The translations under genes and the position numbers were made by a program. The notes under the pieces were generated by a model, which saw only the letters and a program-made list of their open reading frames with translations, was not told where the DNA came from and did no database searches. From the NCBI RefSeq assembly GCF_009914755.1, contig NC_060936.1: 64,000 nt of DNA, one strand, 5' to 3'. Below are positions 1 through 14,302 of the stretch, piece after piece. This DNA is from the human T2T-CHM13v2.0 reference genome, Homo sapiens. Position 1 is the first letter of the stretch. Each line of letters starts with the position of its first letter.

Positions 1-524
1 AGCATTTTGGGAGGCTAAGGCAGGCTGATTGCTTGACACCAGGAGTTCAAGACCAGCCTGGGCAACACAGTGAGACCCTGTCTCCACAAAAAATACAAAA
101 ATTAGCCGGACGTGGTGGCGCACACCTGTATTCCCAGCTACTCATGAGGCTGAGGTGGAGGATCAATTGAGCCTGGGAGGTTGTCGAGGCTTCAGTGAGC
201 TGCGATTGTGCCACTGCACTCCAGCCTGGGTGACAGAGTGAGACCCTGTCTCAAAAAAAATGAGGTCTCACTATGTTGCCCAGGCTGATCTCAAATTTCT
301 GGCCTCAAACAATCCTCCCACCTCAGCCTCCCAAACACTGGGATTACAGGCATGAGCCATCATGTCCAGACAAATGTTTTATTTTCATCGAAGTATAAAA
401 ACACTGGGGGGAGAGGGACGCCACTGTTCCTTTATCTCCAACTTTATTTCATACACTATTGACTTGACATAGATACAATCAGAACTGAAAGCTATTGGCA
501 AACAAAGCAATAATGGCATATTAA

Positions 525-745
525 TAGAGACTTTCTCAACCTCAGCACTACTGCCATTTGGACCAGATAATTCTCTGTGGCAAAGAGCTGCTTTGTGCAT
601 TGCAGAATGTTTAGCAGCAACCTTAGCTTTTACCTCGTCAGATGCCATAATATAACCTCTCACCCAGTTGTGACAACAAAAAATGTCTCCTGACATTGCC
701 GATGGTTCCCTGGGGGTCAAAAATCACCCCTGGTTGAGAACACTG
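525..745. mobile_element. MER20 hAT-Charlie MITE
   Basis: TTTCTCAACC...GGTTGAGAAC terminal inverted repeats with a MER20-like body. Confidence 0.75.
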
Positions 746-840
746 CACAATGGCCAAAACAAACAAAAAAAAAGGTTTGTGAAAAGAGGAACTGTTGTCT
801 GTGAGGATGGGTGGCACTGATGATGGCAGGGTCATTAAAG

Positions 841-1022
841 CAGTGACACTCAAAATGTGGTCCCTGGACCAGCAACATCAGCATCACCTGGGACCTTGTT
901 AGAGATGCAAATCCTCAGGCCTTACCCAGACCTAATGTTAGAATCTCTGCAGGTGGCACCTGGAATCTATGTGTGGGCAAGCCCTCCATGGGATTCTGAG
1001 AACACTCAAGTTTGCAAAGTCC
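841..1022. mobile_element. MER5A hAT-Charlie MITE
   Basis: CTCAAAATGTGGTCCCTGGACCAGCAACATCAGCATCACCTGGGA consensus-like sequence. Confidence 0.75.
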
Positions 1023-1176
1023 TAACCAGAGGGACACATTTTACTAAGCACTTCATAGCCACTAGCATAGTTATAATGAAAAAGACAATAAAAAGGGACA
1101 CATTTTACTAAGCAGGTTGTGAAAAGCACATGACTGTGATTGGAGAGGAACTGAGGGGCTGGCTAAACCAGAGCTA

Positions 1177-1622
<446 letters not shown>

Positions 1623-1766
1623 TTATTAATAATAATCATTTTCTGCGAATATACCAAAAAAGTTTAAAAAAAGAAAAAAAAGAAAATTTTAAGGCTCAGA
1701 CTAAACTAGCCCTTCCTTAAAGAGGAGTAGGAGAACACCTTTATTTTTTTCTTTTTTTATTTTTTA

Positions 1767-1853
1767 ATGGAACGCTTCACGAATTTGTGTGTCATCCTTG
1801 TGCAGGGCCCATGCTAATCTTCTCTGTATCATTCCAATTTTACTATATGTGCT
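1767..1853 (-). pseudogene. U6 snRNA retrocopy, 5'-truncated by about 13 nt, with an A-rich tail (1741-1765)
   Basis: Reverse complement reads AGCACATATAGTAAAATTGGAATGATACAGAGAAGATTAGCATGGGCCCTGCACAAGGATGACACACAAATTCGTGAAGCGTTCCAT, including the ACAGAGA box; no PSE/TATA seen upstream, an Alu lies there instead. Confidence 0.95.
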
Positions 1854-3234
1854 CATTGTACAGACAGAAACTCTATTTGTTCCCCAGGCTGGTCTCAAAA
1901 TCTTGGCCTGAAGCTATCCTCCTGCCTTGGCCTCCCAAAATGCTGTGATTACAGACATGAGCCACCATGCCCGGCCTGGGAAGAGCTTTAAAATGAAATT
2001 TAAGGGACACCTAAAGCTTCTGTTTATCTAAATTTTTCTCTCTAGAGAGGGAAAAATAAATTTCTCAGCCAGGCACTGTGGCTCACACCTGTAATCCCAA
2101 CATTTTGGAAGGCCAAGTGGGGGCAAATCACTTGAGTTCAGGAGTTCAAAACCAGCCTGAGCAACATGGTGAAACCCCATCTCTACAAAAAAAATACAAA
2201 AATTAGACAGGCATGGTGGCACATGTCTGTAGTCTCAGCTACTCAGGATGCTGAGATGGGAGGATGGCTTGAGCCTGAGAGGCAGAGGTTGCAGTGAGCC
2301 AAGATAGCACCACTGCACTACACTCTGGGTGACAGAACCAGACTGTCTCAAATAAATAAATAAGTTCCCTATCTCATTGTCTTGCCACTGTAACTGAAGA
2401 TTCCACTTTGCATGAATCCCATATCTCCAAAATCCCTGATTAAAATGTAAATTTAGGCATTTATGCTATAATATGCTGTATGCATTCATGAAAAACGTCA
2501 CATCCTGCAAAATTGTGTGCACTGAAATTAATAGGACTTATAGGAAAAGTAGTGTTAGGGCAGACCACGGAAAACCTATGCCACTTTGTAACCAGAGCAC
2601 AAAAGGAAAATAATAATTGGTATGGCAGGAGAAACTTAGATAGTCCAGGCAGCCGGTTGTGGCCAGAGACCGCTTCAGGAGATATGAAAAAAAAAAAAAA
2701 AAATCAACAGAGTATAAATGCAAACTTATGGGTACTGAGATAATGTGGATGGAAGTGGAGCTCCTTGCCAGTGAGTTCAACTTTAAGGTGGGCAGGGAAG
2801 GAAGTGAAACCTGCCAGAATCAGAGAGCCGTGGAAGACTGGGAGTGCACCATTCTGGGGAGGGAGGCTTTGCTACTAGTGCTCATTTTTAATGTTTGAGT
2901 TTTTAAAAAAGAGTTGACCCCATGGTGCACATCTCTACTCCCAGCACTTTGGGAGGATGAAGTGGGAGGATCACTTGAGCCCAGGAGTTCAAGATCAGCC
3001 TAGGAAACATAGTGAGAGCTCCCCCATCCTCTCACCACCTGTCTCTACAAAAAAATAAAAAATTAGCCAGGCGTAGCGGCACATGCCTATTGTCCCAGCT
3101 CCTCAGGAGGCTGAGGTGGGAGGATCTCTTAAGCCTTGGAACGTAGAGGCTGCAGTGAGCAGTGTGCACCACTGCACTCCAGCCTGGGCAACAGAATGAG
3201 ACCCTGTCTCAAAAAAAAAAAAAAAAAAAAAGAC

Positions 3235-5340
<2,106 letters not shown>

Positions 5341-5636
5341 AGGAGTACTGAAGAATCTCAGCCAGTTCCAGCTTCCACCCATACCCATCTAGAGATATGA
5401 ACTGCCAAAGATCAGCTCCTCGAAAACATCTGAGCACCTTAAAAATTACCTACCTCTGGATCACCAGCTGCTGCCAGTTTTCAGACCAAAGAATATTAGA
5501 GATCTGTTGGTTCTGACCCCAAAACTGCTTTATACCAGAGTTCCATGCAGAACCTCAAGACCAGTTGATTCCGTTCATGCCTTTTGTCTTAGTGATCCTC
5601 AGTCACCAAAAGTGTAAGCTTGGAATTTCTGGATCA

Positions 5637-5819
<183 letters not shown>

Positions 5820-7959
5820 TCAGGAGCCTGAGGCAGGAGAATCACTTGAACCGGGAGGCAGAGGTTGTAGTGAGCTAAGATGCCACCACTGCACTCCAGC
5901 CTGGGTGACAAAGCGAGACTCTGAGGTATTGCTCCTCACAAGAGGGCATTAGCTGTGGGGGTCTGCCTGCAGACCCTGACCCAAACAATAGATGAATAAC
6001 ACGAGCATTGAGACACAGATATTCTGTGTTGCCAATCCTGCTGAGTGTCCGACCGCCTGCACACCAAGAGAGGTTTGTCACTGTGGCCAGCCTCGATCAG
6101 CTTGGGAGGCTTGCATTAATTCATTAAGATTAGTTAACAAAAACTTGAGACAACACCATTAGAGGGTAATTGACATTGTCGACTTCCTGAGTAAAAAGCA
6201 TACATCAAAGGTTTAAGGCTTAAGACCATATGAGTAAACAAGTTAACTAGATAACTTCCTCACATCCCCTTGTTGACTACTCTAATTTATTTAACTAAAG
6301 GTAATGAGACCAGGCCACCTTCAGCCCGGTCTGTTACCGAAGTCATATGAAAACCCTCAGGCCTTCCAAAAGGGTTTTGTGGCTATCATAACTAATATTT
6401 TTCCCACCTGCCTGATCGAATCCCAACATCTCCCCCTTTTTTGTTTGCTACATCAAATTTTTTGATTGGAGAGCGCAGATAGGTGCAGCCACAGGTTTGT
6501 CAGGCGAGGTGGTCACTGCTCTTATTCCGGCTTTGCATCCTAGGATTAGCAAATAACACAAAACAATCATGAGTACAATTAGCAACATTCTTTTCTAGTC
6601 AAAGAGTGACATGTGTTACTTGGCATCTTAGTTTGATGTGTGCCATTACTAAGGAACCCCACTGGGGGTATGTTAACTCCTTCCAGCCAGGCAGTTACAT
6701 TGTCAGAAGCTGGAAAGGGAGTGTCTGCTTAGATAACAGGGCTGAAAAAAGGCAGATTTAAGAGAGGAGCTTAATAGAGTCTAGCAGCTATAGGTAGTAG
6801 GCAAAGTGAGAGAATAAAAATGAGTAAATTATCTGGTTTAGCCTTCTGCTTCTTCAGCATAATGTCTGGGGCCTGTGTTGTTCGTGGAAGCCTCATTGTT
6901 GAGGCTGTGGGTCCTGTAGGGTTTTTGTTAGGCTGGCTTGAGTTTTTTCTTCTTTTTTTTCATCCCTTGATGAGGACATAGTCTCCAGGCTGGTGCTGGA
7001 AATTCTAGGGGTGTTGCCTGTGCTAAGAGACCTTTTACATTCTTTAAAGAGCAGGTTAGTGCTTTAAGAAAAACTAGTTGTGCTTTATTTTAATGTCTAG
7101 TTTACAGAAAAACTGGATGATACTTTCTAACTTTAGCCAATATGTTGACACACAGAATTTTTTTTTTTTTTTGCAATTAACATTTTAAAACTTGTTTAGA
7201 CCTTCAAAACAAAAATCGTACATTTCCTGCATAAATTCCTTTTTATAACATTTTTCATGACTTTCACAGACAATCTTCAACGTGCCTTACCTTTCTATGT
7301 TTTATAACCTTCCTTACTAAAGGTGCATTCTTATAACTTTTCTAATATTTCCTTTCCCTTCTTCCTGCTTTATTTCTCTCCTTAGTACTTCTTTTTGTGT
7401 TCTTCTCTGATCTCTGTCTTTTCTAGTCTCTTTCTTACTCATTCTTTCCTTTTATTTCTCTCTCTAGCTGTGGACACAAGCATACTTTCTTCCTCATGTT
7501 AATAATTCACTTGGACCACGCCATTTATTACTGTTCACATCTTTCCATAAAATTGTAGGTTTTATGCCTTGAGAGGTTTTAGCAAAGTGCTTTTCTGCAG
7601 CTGATTGAAATTTGTCATATAAATTTTAAAAATTAAGGTTAAATAAAGCTTATGCCAGTAGTGTCGCAGTGTACTTACCTATATTTCCTTTTTTCCATTT
7701 TTTTGAGCATATTTTTAAGGGTGAAATGTGCTCATTCTACTATTGCCTGTCCTTGGGGGTTATATGGGATGCCTGTGGAATGCTGGATATTCCACATGTG
7801 ACAAAATTGTTGAAATTGTGAGCTGGTAAGCTGGACCATTATCAGTCTTAATTTTTGTGGGTTGCCCCATAAATGCAAAAGTTAAAAGAAGATGTTTAGT
7901 GACATATCGAGTAGACTCTCCAGGCAAAGCATGTGCACTAATTAAATGAGTGTTGGTAT

Positions 7960-8512
7960 TGTGTCAGGAGTTGATTCCTGCTGGTGGGTTGGTGGTCTCA
8001 CTGACTTCAAGAATGAAGCTGCGGACCTTCACGGTGAGTGTTACAGCTCTTAAAGGTGGCACAGACCCAAAGAGTAAGCAGCAGCAAGGTTTATCGCGTA
8101 GAACAAAAGAACAAAGCTTCCACACCATGGAAGGGAATCCAAGTGGATTACCACTGCTGGCTGGGGTAGCCAGCTTTATTCCCTTATTTGTCCCCTCCCA
8201 TGTTCTGTTTCTGTCCCATCAGAGTGCCCTTTCTTCAATCCTCCCCGTGATTAGCTACTTTTAGACTCCTGCTGATTGGTGCATTTTACAGAGTGCTGAT
8301 TGGTACGTTTTAAAAAGTGCTGATTGGTGCATTTTACAGAGCACTGATTGGTATATTTTACAATCCTCTTGCTAGCTACAGAGCACTGATTGGTGCGTTT
8401 TACAATCCTAGCTACAGAGTGCTGATTGGTGCATTTTACAATCCTCTTGTAAGACAGAAAAGTTCTCTAAGTCCCCACTCGACCCAGGAAGTCCAGCTGG
8501 CTTCACCTCTCA
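7960..8512 (-). mobile_element. LTR12-type (ERV9) solo LTR inserted in the HML-5 integrase region
   Basis: TGAGAGGTGAAGCCAGCTGG start, tandem CTGATTGG (inverted CCAAT) repeats, 4-bp TSD GTAT at 7956-59 and 8513-16. Confidence 0.92.
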
Positions 8513-10653
8513 GTATCAATGGATACATGCACCTATCTTAGTTTCCTAAATTCAGAGATGTGTGTAACATCTGTTTGCCACAAATGATTAGCTTCTGATC
8601 CTCTAGGGTTAACACCTGTTGAAGGAGGGGACATCCCTGTGAGCTGGCAATCTGGGCACATTGTAGGATAATTTGTTTAGCCAGCCTCTGAGTAAGTTAA
8701 AATTGTTTAGGTAAGTTTCTCTAATTTTGGTGGAAAAATTGATGAGATTGGGTGGCTTGGTCTAGCAGTGATGTCATAACCTGAAGGTATGCTTGATCAT
8801 TGCCATAAGCCAATGGGCCAGGCAGAGCTGTGGGCTCGAATGTGTGTAATAAAAATAGGATGTGTACATTGATCTAGCAATTACTGAAGTCGGAGAAAAA
8901 GAGTAAACAGGGCTGGCTCCAAAGTGGACTTAATTAAAGCTGTTTCAATGTTTTGTAATAAATTAAATGGAGTATGCAGAATCGCTAACTATATTTATGG
9001 GCTGAGTGGAAAACGTTTCTAAGGCCAAAATCAGAGCCCCAATCGTAGCTCTCTGAGTGCTAGTACATCCAAATAGAGTGATTGAATTGTGTGGTCTCCA
9101 CCAGATTGCCGCTTTTCCATGTTTACCAGCCCTATCAGTCAACAGTGTTAAAGCATTAGGTATGGGGGACTGAACTATTTGTGTAGGTAAAACATTTACC
9201 AGACTTTTTGGGAATTATGAAAATAGGTAAATTCCAAGGGCTGGTAGTAGAATATTACCTGCAAAATGAATAACCTTGAAATTACGAAACTTTTTTTTCT
9301 ACTGGGGAGCAAAGTTTGCTTTTAATTGCTCCTAAACTAACTCATGGGCCTTTTGTAATGTCTCTCCCTTTAGAGGTTACTGTTTTACTTAAATTGGTTT
9401 TTGAGAAAATCACGTTAAGGGTAGGAGAGAGATAACAGTTGCCATGATCAGAAAGAGGTTTTCCAAATTCTTACGTTTTACTTAAATCTTAGCAGAGAGT
9501 TATAATCTGGGACGTCCTTTGTATACAAGGGACACACAGAATTTTGTCCTGGGCCGCCTGCGAAGCTAGAGAGCTGAGAGGGCGGGCTCTGGTGCAGCGG
9601 CCACTTTCAGCGTGTGCTACTTCTTTCGCTTGTGCCGCCCCCTCCCACTGCCAAGGCGCGGCTGTCCCCGGCTGGGTGGACTCGCGCGCGCGCCTCCTGC
9701 CCCACCCCAGCAGGCTAACACTGGCGCACTGGGCCTGGCTCCCCGCTGCTACTGCCTCAGCGCAGGCCTAGTTCCCAGGAGGATCCGCCAGCTCAGTGTT
9801 TGGGAGCTTCCTTGATGCTGAGCCTTTCCTTCCCTCTACTGCTCGCTTGGCCGCGCAGCTCCAGCCTCTAATGCTTTTTCTTATTTCTTTATGTACCTGA
9901 TTACCTCGTTAATGTTGCATTACCGGGCAGGCTAAAAGCTCTCCTTTTAATTCCGCCTGCTTAAGATAGGGACTGATAGCTGTAGCGTATCCCTGGTTTT
10001 TTTTTTTCTTATCTATTGGAGGAGGAGGCTCAGGTAAAGGGAGACTTTACTCCGTTTCCTCTTTGTTATTTCGGCCGGCCGGGTGATACTAGGGCCGAAA
10101 GAAGAGGAGGTGATAAGGCAGGTGACATTTCCTCCTCCTTCCCGTTTTTAGGCTCTTCTGTGGGTAACTGAGCCAGGGGTGCTCTAATTAAAGCCCATAA
10201 CGTTATAGAGATTTTACTGGGACCTGTTGCCTTTGCGCATGATGTTGCTTAAGATTTCTCCCCACTTGTTCCAGAGTTCTACATCTTTCGTTTCTTCTTC
10301 TGGGAACCATGGTCTTGGGATTACAGCAGTTTGTATTATTATGTCCCTTAATTGAGCCTGCGAAACTGATGCTCCACTAGCCTTAAGCAACAGTGTTTTA
10401 ACACTTCTATATACTGTTTCTGTTGAGCTGATAACTGTTGTCTCATAATGAAAACTCAGCTTGAACCAACTTCCCCAAGAACTTGGTAACCTCGAGTGGG
10501 CACCAACGACTTACTGATTACTCACTGACTTGACCGCGTGGTCCTTCTTCACCTTCTTTTTCGGGGGTCCATCGCGTTCTTCACACTTCCTTCACAGCTT
10601 GCCTCACAAGGGGCTCCAACTGTGGGGGGTCTGTTTCCGCAGACCGCTGACTT

Positions 10654-10671
10654 TCCTCACACGGGGCACCA
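10654..10671 (-). promoter_or_regulatory. Primer binding site complementary to elongator tRNA-Met (TGGTGCCCCGTGTGAGGA)
   Basis: 2 nt from the end of the 5' LTR; matches the recalled tRNA-Met 3' end ...TCCTCACACGGGGCACCA. Confidence 0.85.
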
Positions 10672-11108
10672 ATTGAGGTATTGCTCCTCACAAGAGGGCG
10701 TTAGCTGCGGGGGTCTGCCCACAGACCCTGACCCAAACGATGGATGAATAACATGTACATTGACACACAGATATTCTGTGTTGCCAGTCCTGCTGAGTGT
10801 CCGACCCACCTGCACACCAAGAGAGGTTTGTCACTGCGGCCGGCCTCAGCTGGGCAGGCTTGCATTAATTCATTAAAAATAGTTAACAAAAACTTGAGTC
10901 AACACCATTAGAGGCTAATTGACATTGTGGACTTCCTGAGTGAGAAGCATACATCAAAGGCTTAAGGCTTAAGACCACGTGAGTGAACAAGTTAACTAGA
11001 TAACTTCCCCACATCCCGTTGTTGACTACTCTAATTTATTTAACTAAAGGTAATGGGACCAGGCCGCCTTCAGCCTGGTCTATTACCAAAGTCATACGAA
11101 AACCCTCA

Positions 11109-11327
<219 letters not shown>

Positions 11328-11834
11328 CTACAAAAAGAGAGAGAAACTTGAACTGAGCACACGTAACTTTCTTGTTGCTCCCAGTGTGTCCAGAGTTGGT
11401 TCCTGCCAGTGGGTTCGTGGTCTTGCTGACTTCAAGAATGAAGCTTCGGACCTTTGCAGTGAGTGTTACAGCTCTTAAAGATGGCGTGGCCCCAAAAAGT
11501 GATTGGTAGCAAGATTTATTGTGAAGAGCAAAAGGACAAAGCTTCCACAGTATGGAAGGGGACCGGAGCGGGTTGCTGCTACTGGCTGGGGTGGCCAGCA
11601 TTTATTCTGTTATTTGTCCCCTCCCATGTTCTGTTTCTGTCCTATCAGAGGGTGCTTTTTTCAGTCCTCCCCACGATTGGCTACTTTTAGAATCCTGCTG
11701 ATTGGTGCATTTTACAGAGCGCTGATTGGTGCTTTTCACAGAGCACTGATTGGTGCATTTTACAAACCTCTTGTAAGACAGGAAAGTTCCTGATTGGTGC
11801 ATTTTACAAACCTCTTGTAAGACAGGAAAGTTCA

Positions 11835-12138
<304 letters not shown>

Positions 12139-12399
12139 TGACAGGAAAGTTCCCGAAGTCCCCACTCGACCCAGGAAGTCCAGCTGGCCTCACCTCTCAA
12201 TGCCCCCTCTAAACAGGACACCCCAACTGCTGTTGGGAAATGGGCAATGACCGCTCTAGCTACTTTCTGCTGGATAGGGGCAAAGAAGGGGCCCTGCAGT
12301 TGTAGTGTCCTCCAGAGGGGAACTCTCTAGGCCAGTCAAAGAGCCAGTGGGTCAGTACAGGGGTCCTTGGTAGAAGCTGTGAGTTGAGCTTATTTGGGG

Positions 12400-14074
12400 T
12401 TCCATTTGTCAGACCATCTATAGTTTGATGGCCTCAATCCTGGAGGAGACAAATTTTGACAAGGAGGTTAAAAATACGGGACCCAAGCAAGATGGCTGTC
12501 ACGAGACCTAAAAAGGGGAGAAGCCATGTCGCCCAACTCCAGAGGTTGGTATAAGAGTTTGAAAGGCGTTGTCTGATTTCAGAAGCCTTTTCCTATAAAC
12601 ACTGGGCAGCGTCTCATACTATCCCTGACTGATTAGTGTAAAAACAACACTCTTCCCCTAAGAAGATGCAAAGTCCTCATTTCTCAGTAGTGAGGAGGTC
12701 TAGACCTCAGCGGTTTTGGAGAGTCACTGCTGCCAAAGAGTCTATTTGGGATTGTAGAGTAAGGATAGATTTTGTTATTTCTTGCCAACTGTCTGAGAAA
12801 TCCTTTGAGAGTGTATGGTAGTAGGATAATGAAGTAGATAAACTGGCTATTCCAGTTCCTGTAGCTGTGGCCATTTCTAACCCTGTAAGTAGGGGTATTA
12901 GTTGTATGACCCTGTGCTGACAGACTAGAGCTTTGAGGGGCACTGATAGGGTCTGATTTCCTGGGACAATGTCAATGTTGGAACTTAGGAAGACTAAGGT
13001 GCAGGTGTCTGTCCAGTTGGTGGGGAGGCAGATATAGGTTGAAGTTCCACATAAGAAGAATATGCCTTGGCTGGGTAGACAGAAATGACTGTGTATGTTA
13101 AAAAGGTGTGTGAGTTTGTTGTTTTCATTTTCCCATACTCATAGAGTACTTGCCAAGGTAGCTCTGGTGAGCGGCTGGAAAGAGGTGTTGGGAGCAAACT
13201 GAGTGGCTCCCTGTGTTCTATTTTCCCATTGGAGAAAAAACCATTTTGTTATCTACTAGGAACCATTCAAGAGAGTAGCTGAAAGAGGGGATGAGAAGAC
13301 ATTCACTAGTGGTGGGGGCGTTGCTGCAGGGGGTCCAGGGGTGAATGGTCGTGCAGGGAGTATGTTTGCCATTATAAAACCTGGACTGTTTGTTAAGCAG
13401 GGAGGAGGTGATGATTTTTGGAGGCCCTGAGAACCAGACAAGCCATCTGAATGGAGCTGTTTGGGTGACTCGGAAGTTACTATGATCAGTTGGGGCTTGA
13501 AGTTGTAGGGTGTAATTACACTGATGGGATAGTAGATGCTCCAGGGGCAGGCCTGATAACAGGTTGCTTTGGATGCATAAAGGGGCTTGGAAAGTTAAGA
13601 CATATTCGTGGTTACAGGGCCGTGTATGGGCTTTTCATTGCTCGTGTAATAGGTGAGGTTGGCAACGTAAGAACATAAAAGCTGGATTACACATCCTGTT
13701 ACGGTATTTTTGGTCCTATCAAAGATGAGGAAGTCGGCTAATGATTATATATTTAGAAGTTGGAAAGGATGTCTTCTTTCATAATGGGGGTGGTAGGTTA
13801 TGTTAGTAAAAACCCACCCTTTTTTTTTTTTTGCGGGAATGGGAGTGGCAACGTAAGCAGTGGCTGATAGAGAGATACAAAGCTGACAGTAATTTGCCAG
13901 GGAAGGATTGGACTGGTTTAACAGAGAGTGGGTTAAGTTGAGAGTCTTGTAGAGGTAATTAGGAGCTAGTGGAAGGGGAGGGGCGACTATGTGGGGTATC
14001 CAAGGAAGCAGGAGGGATACATAGGCAAAGAGTAAGTAGGAAGATAAAGAGGGTCCCCTGGAAGATGAGGTCAT
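12400..14074 (-). pseudogene. ERV9 env, broken; 3' boundary approximate
   Basis: Signal peptide MTSSSRGPSLSSYLLFAY, CQLC motif, fusion peptide IPLLTGL..GTGIASL, immunosuppressive domain LAAVTLQNR* interrupted by a stop. Confidence 0.88.
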
Positions 14075-14302
14075 TTTATTCAGTCTGAGTTAAAGGTAGG
14101 AGTAAATTGCTGTTAGAGGGAAGGACGATAGAAAAAAGGTTGATGTGATTAGGATTTTTGTCCCAGCAGGAGCTACAGTATATAGTTCTGCTGCAAAGAG
14201 TATGGTTAATATACTGCTTAATAACGTGATGAAACAGTAAAAGGATTCCATTAAAGGGGAAAGGAGAGGTGTTAAAGATTATGTAGGTTTTCACTTATCT
14301 TT

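Noticed and set aside
8270-8445. Regularly spaced CTGATTGG repeats (also near 11700 and 21170) that look like a CRISPR-style array
   Set aside because: They are the CCAAT tandem units of LTR12-type LTRs; there are no unique spacers or cas genes and the context is eukaryotic.
12400-14074. Possible domesticated syncytin-like env
   Set aside because: It is fragmented by stops and frameshifts, including a stop inside the immunosuppressive domain; the longest piece is 109 aa.
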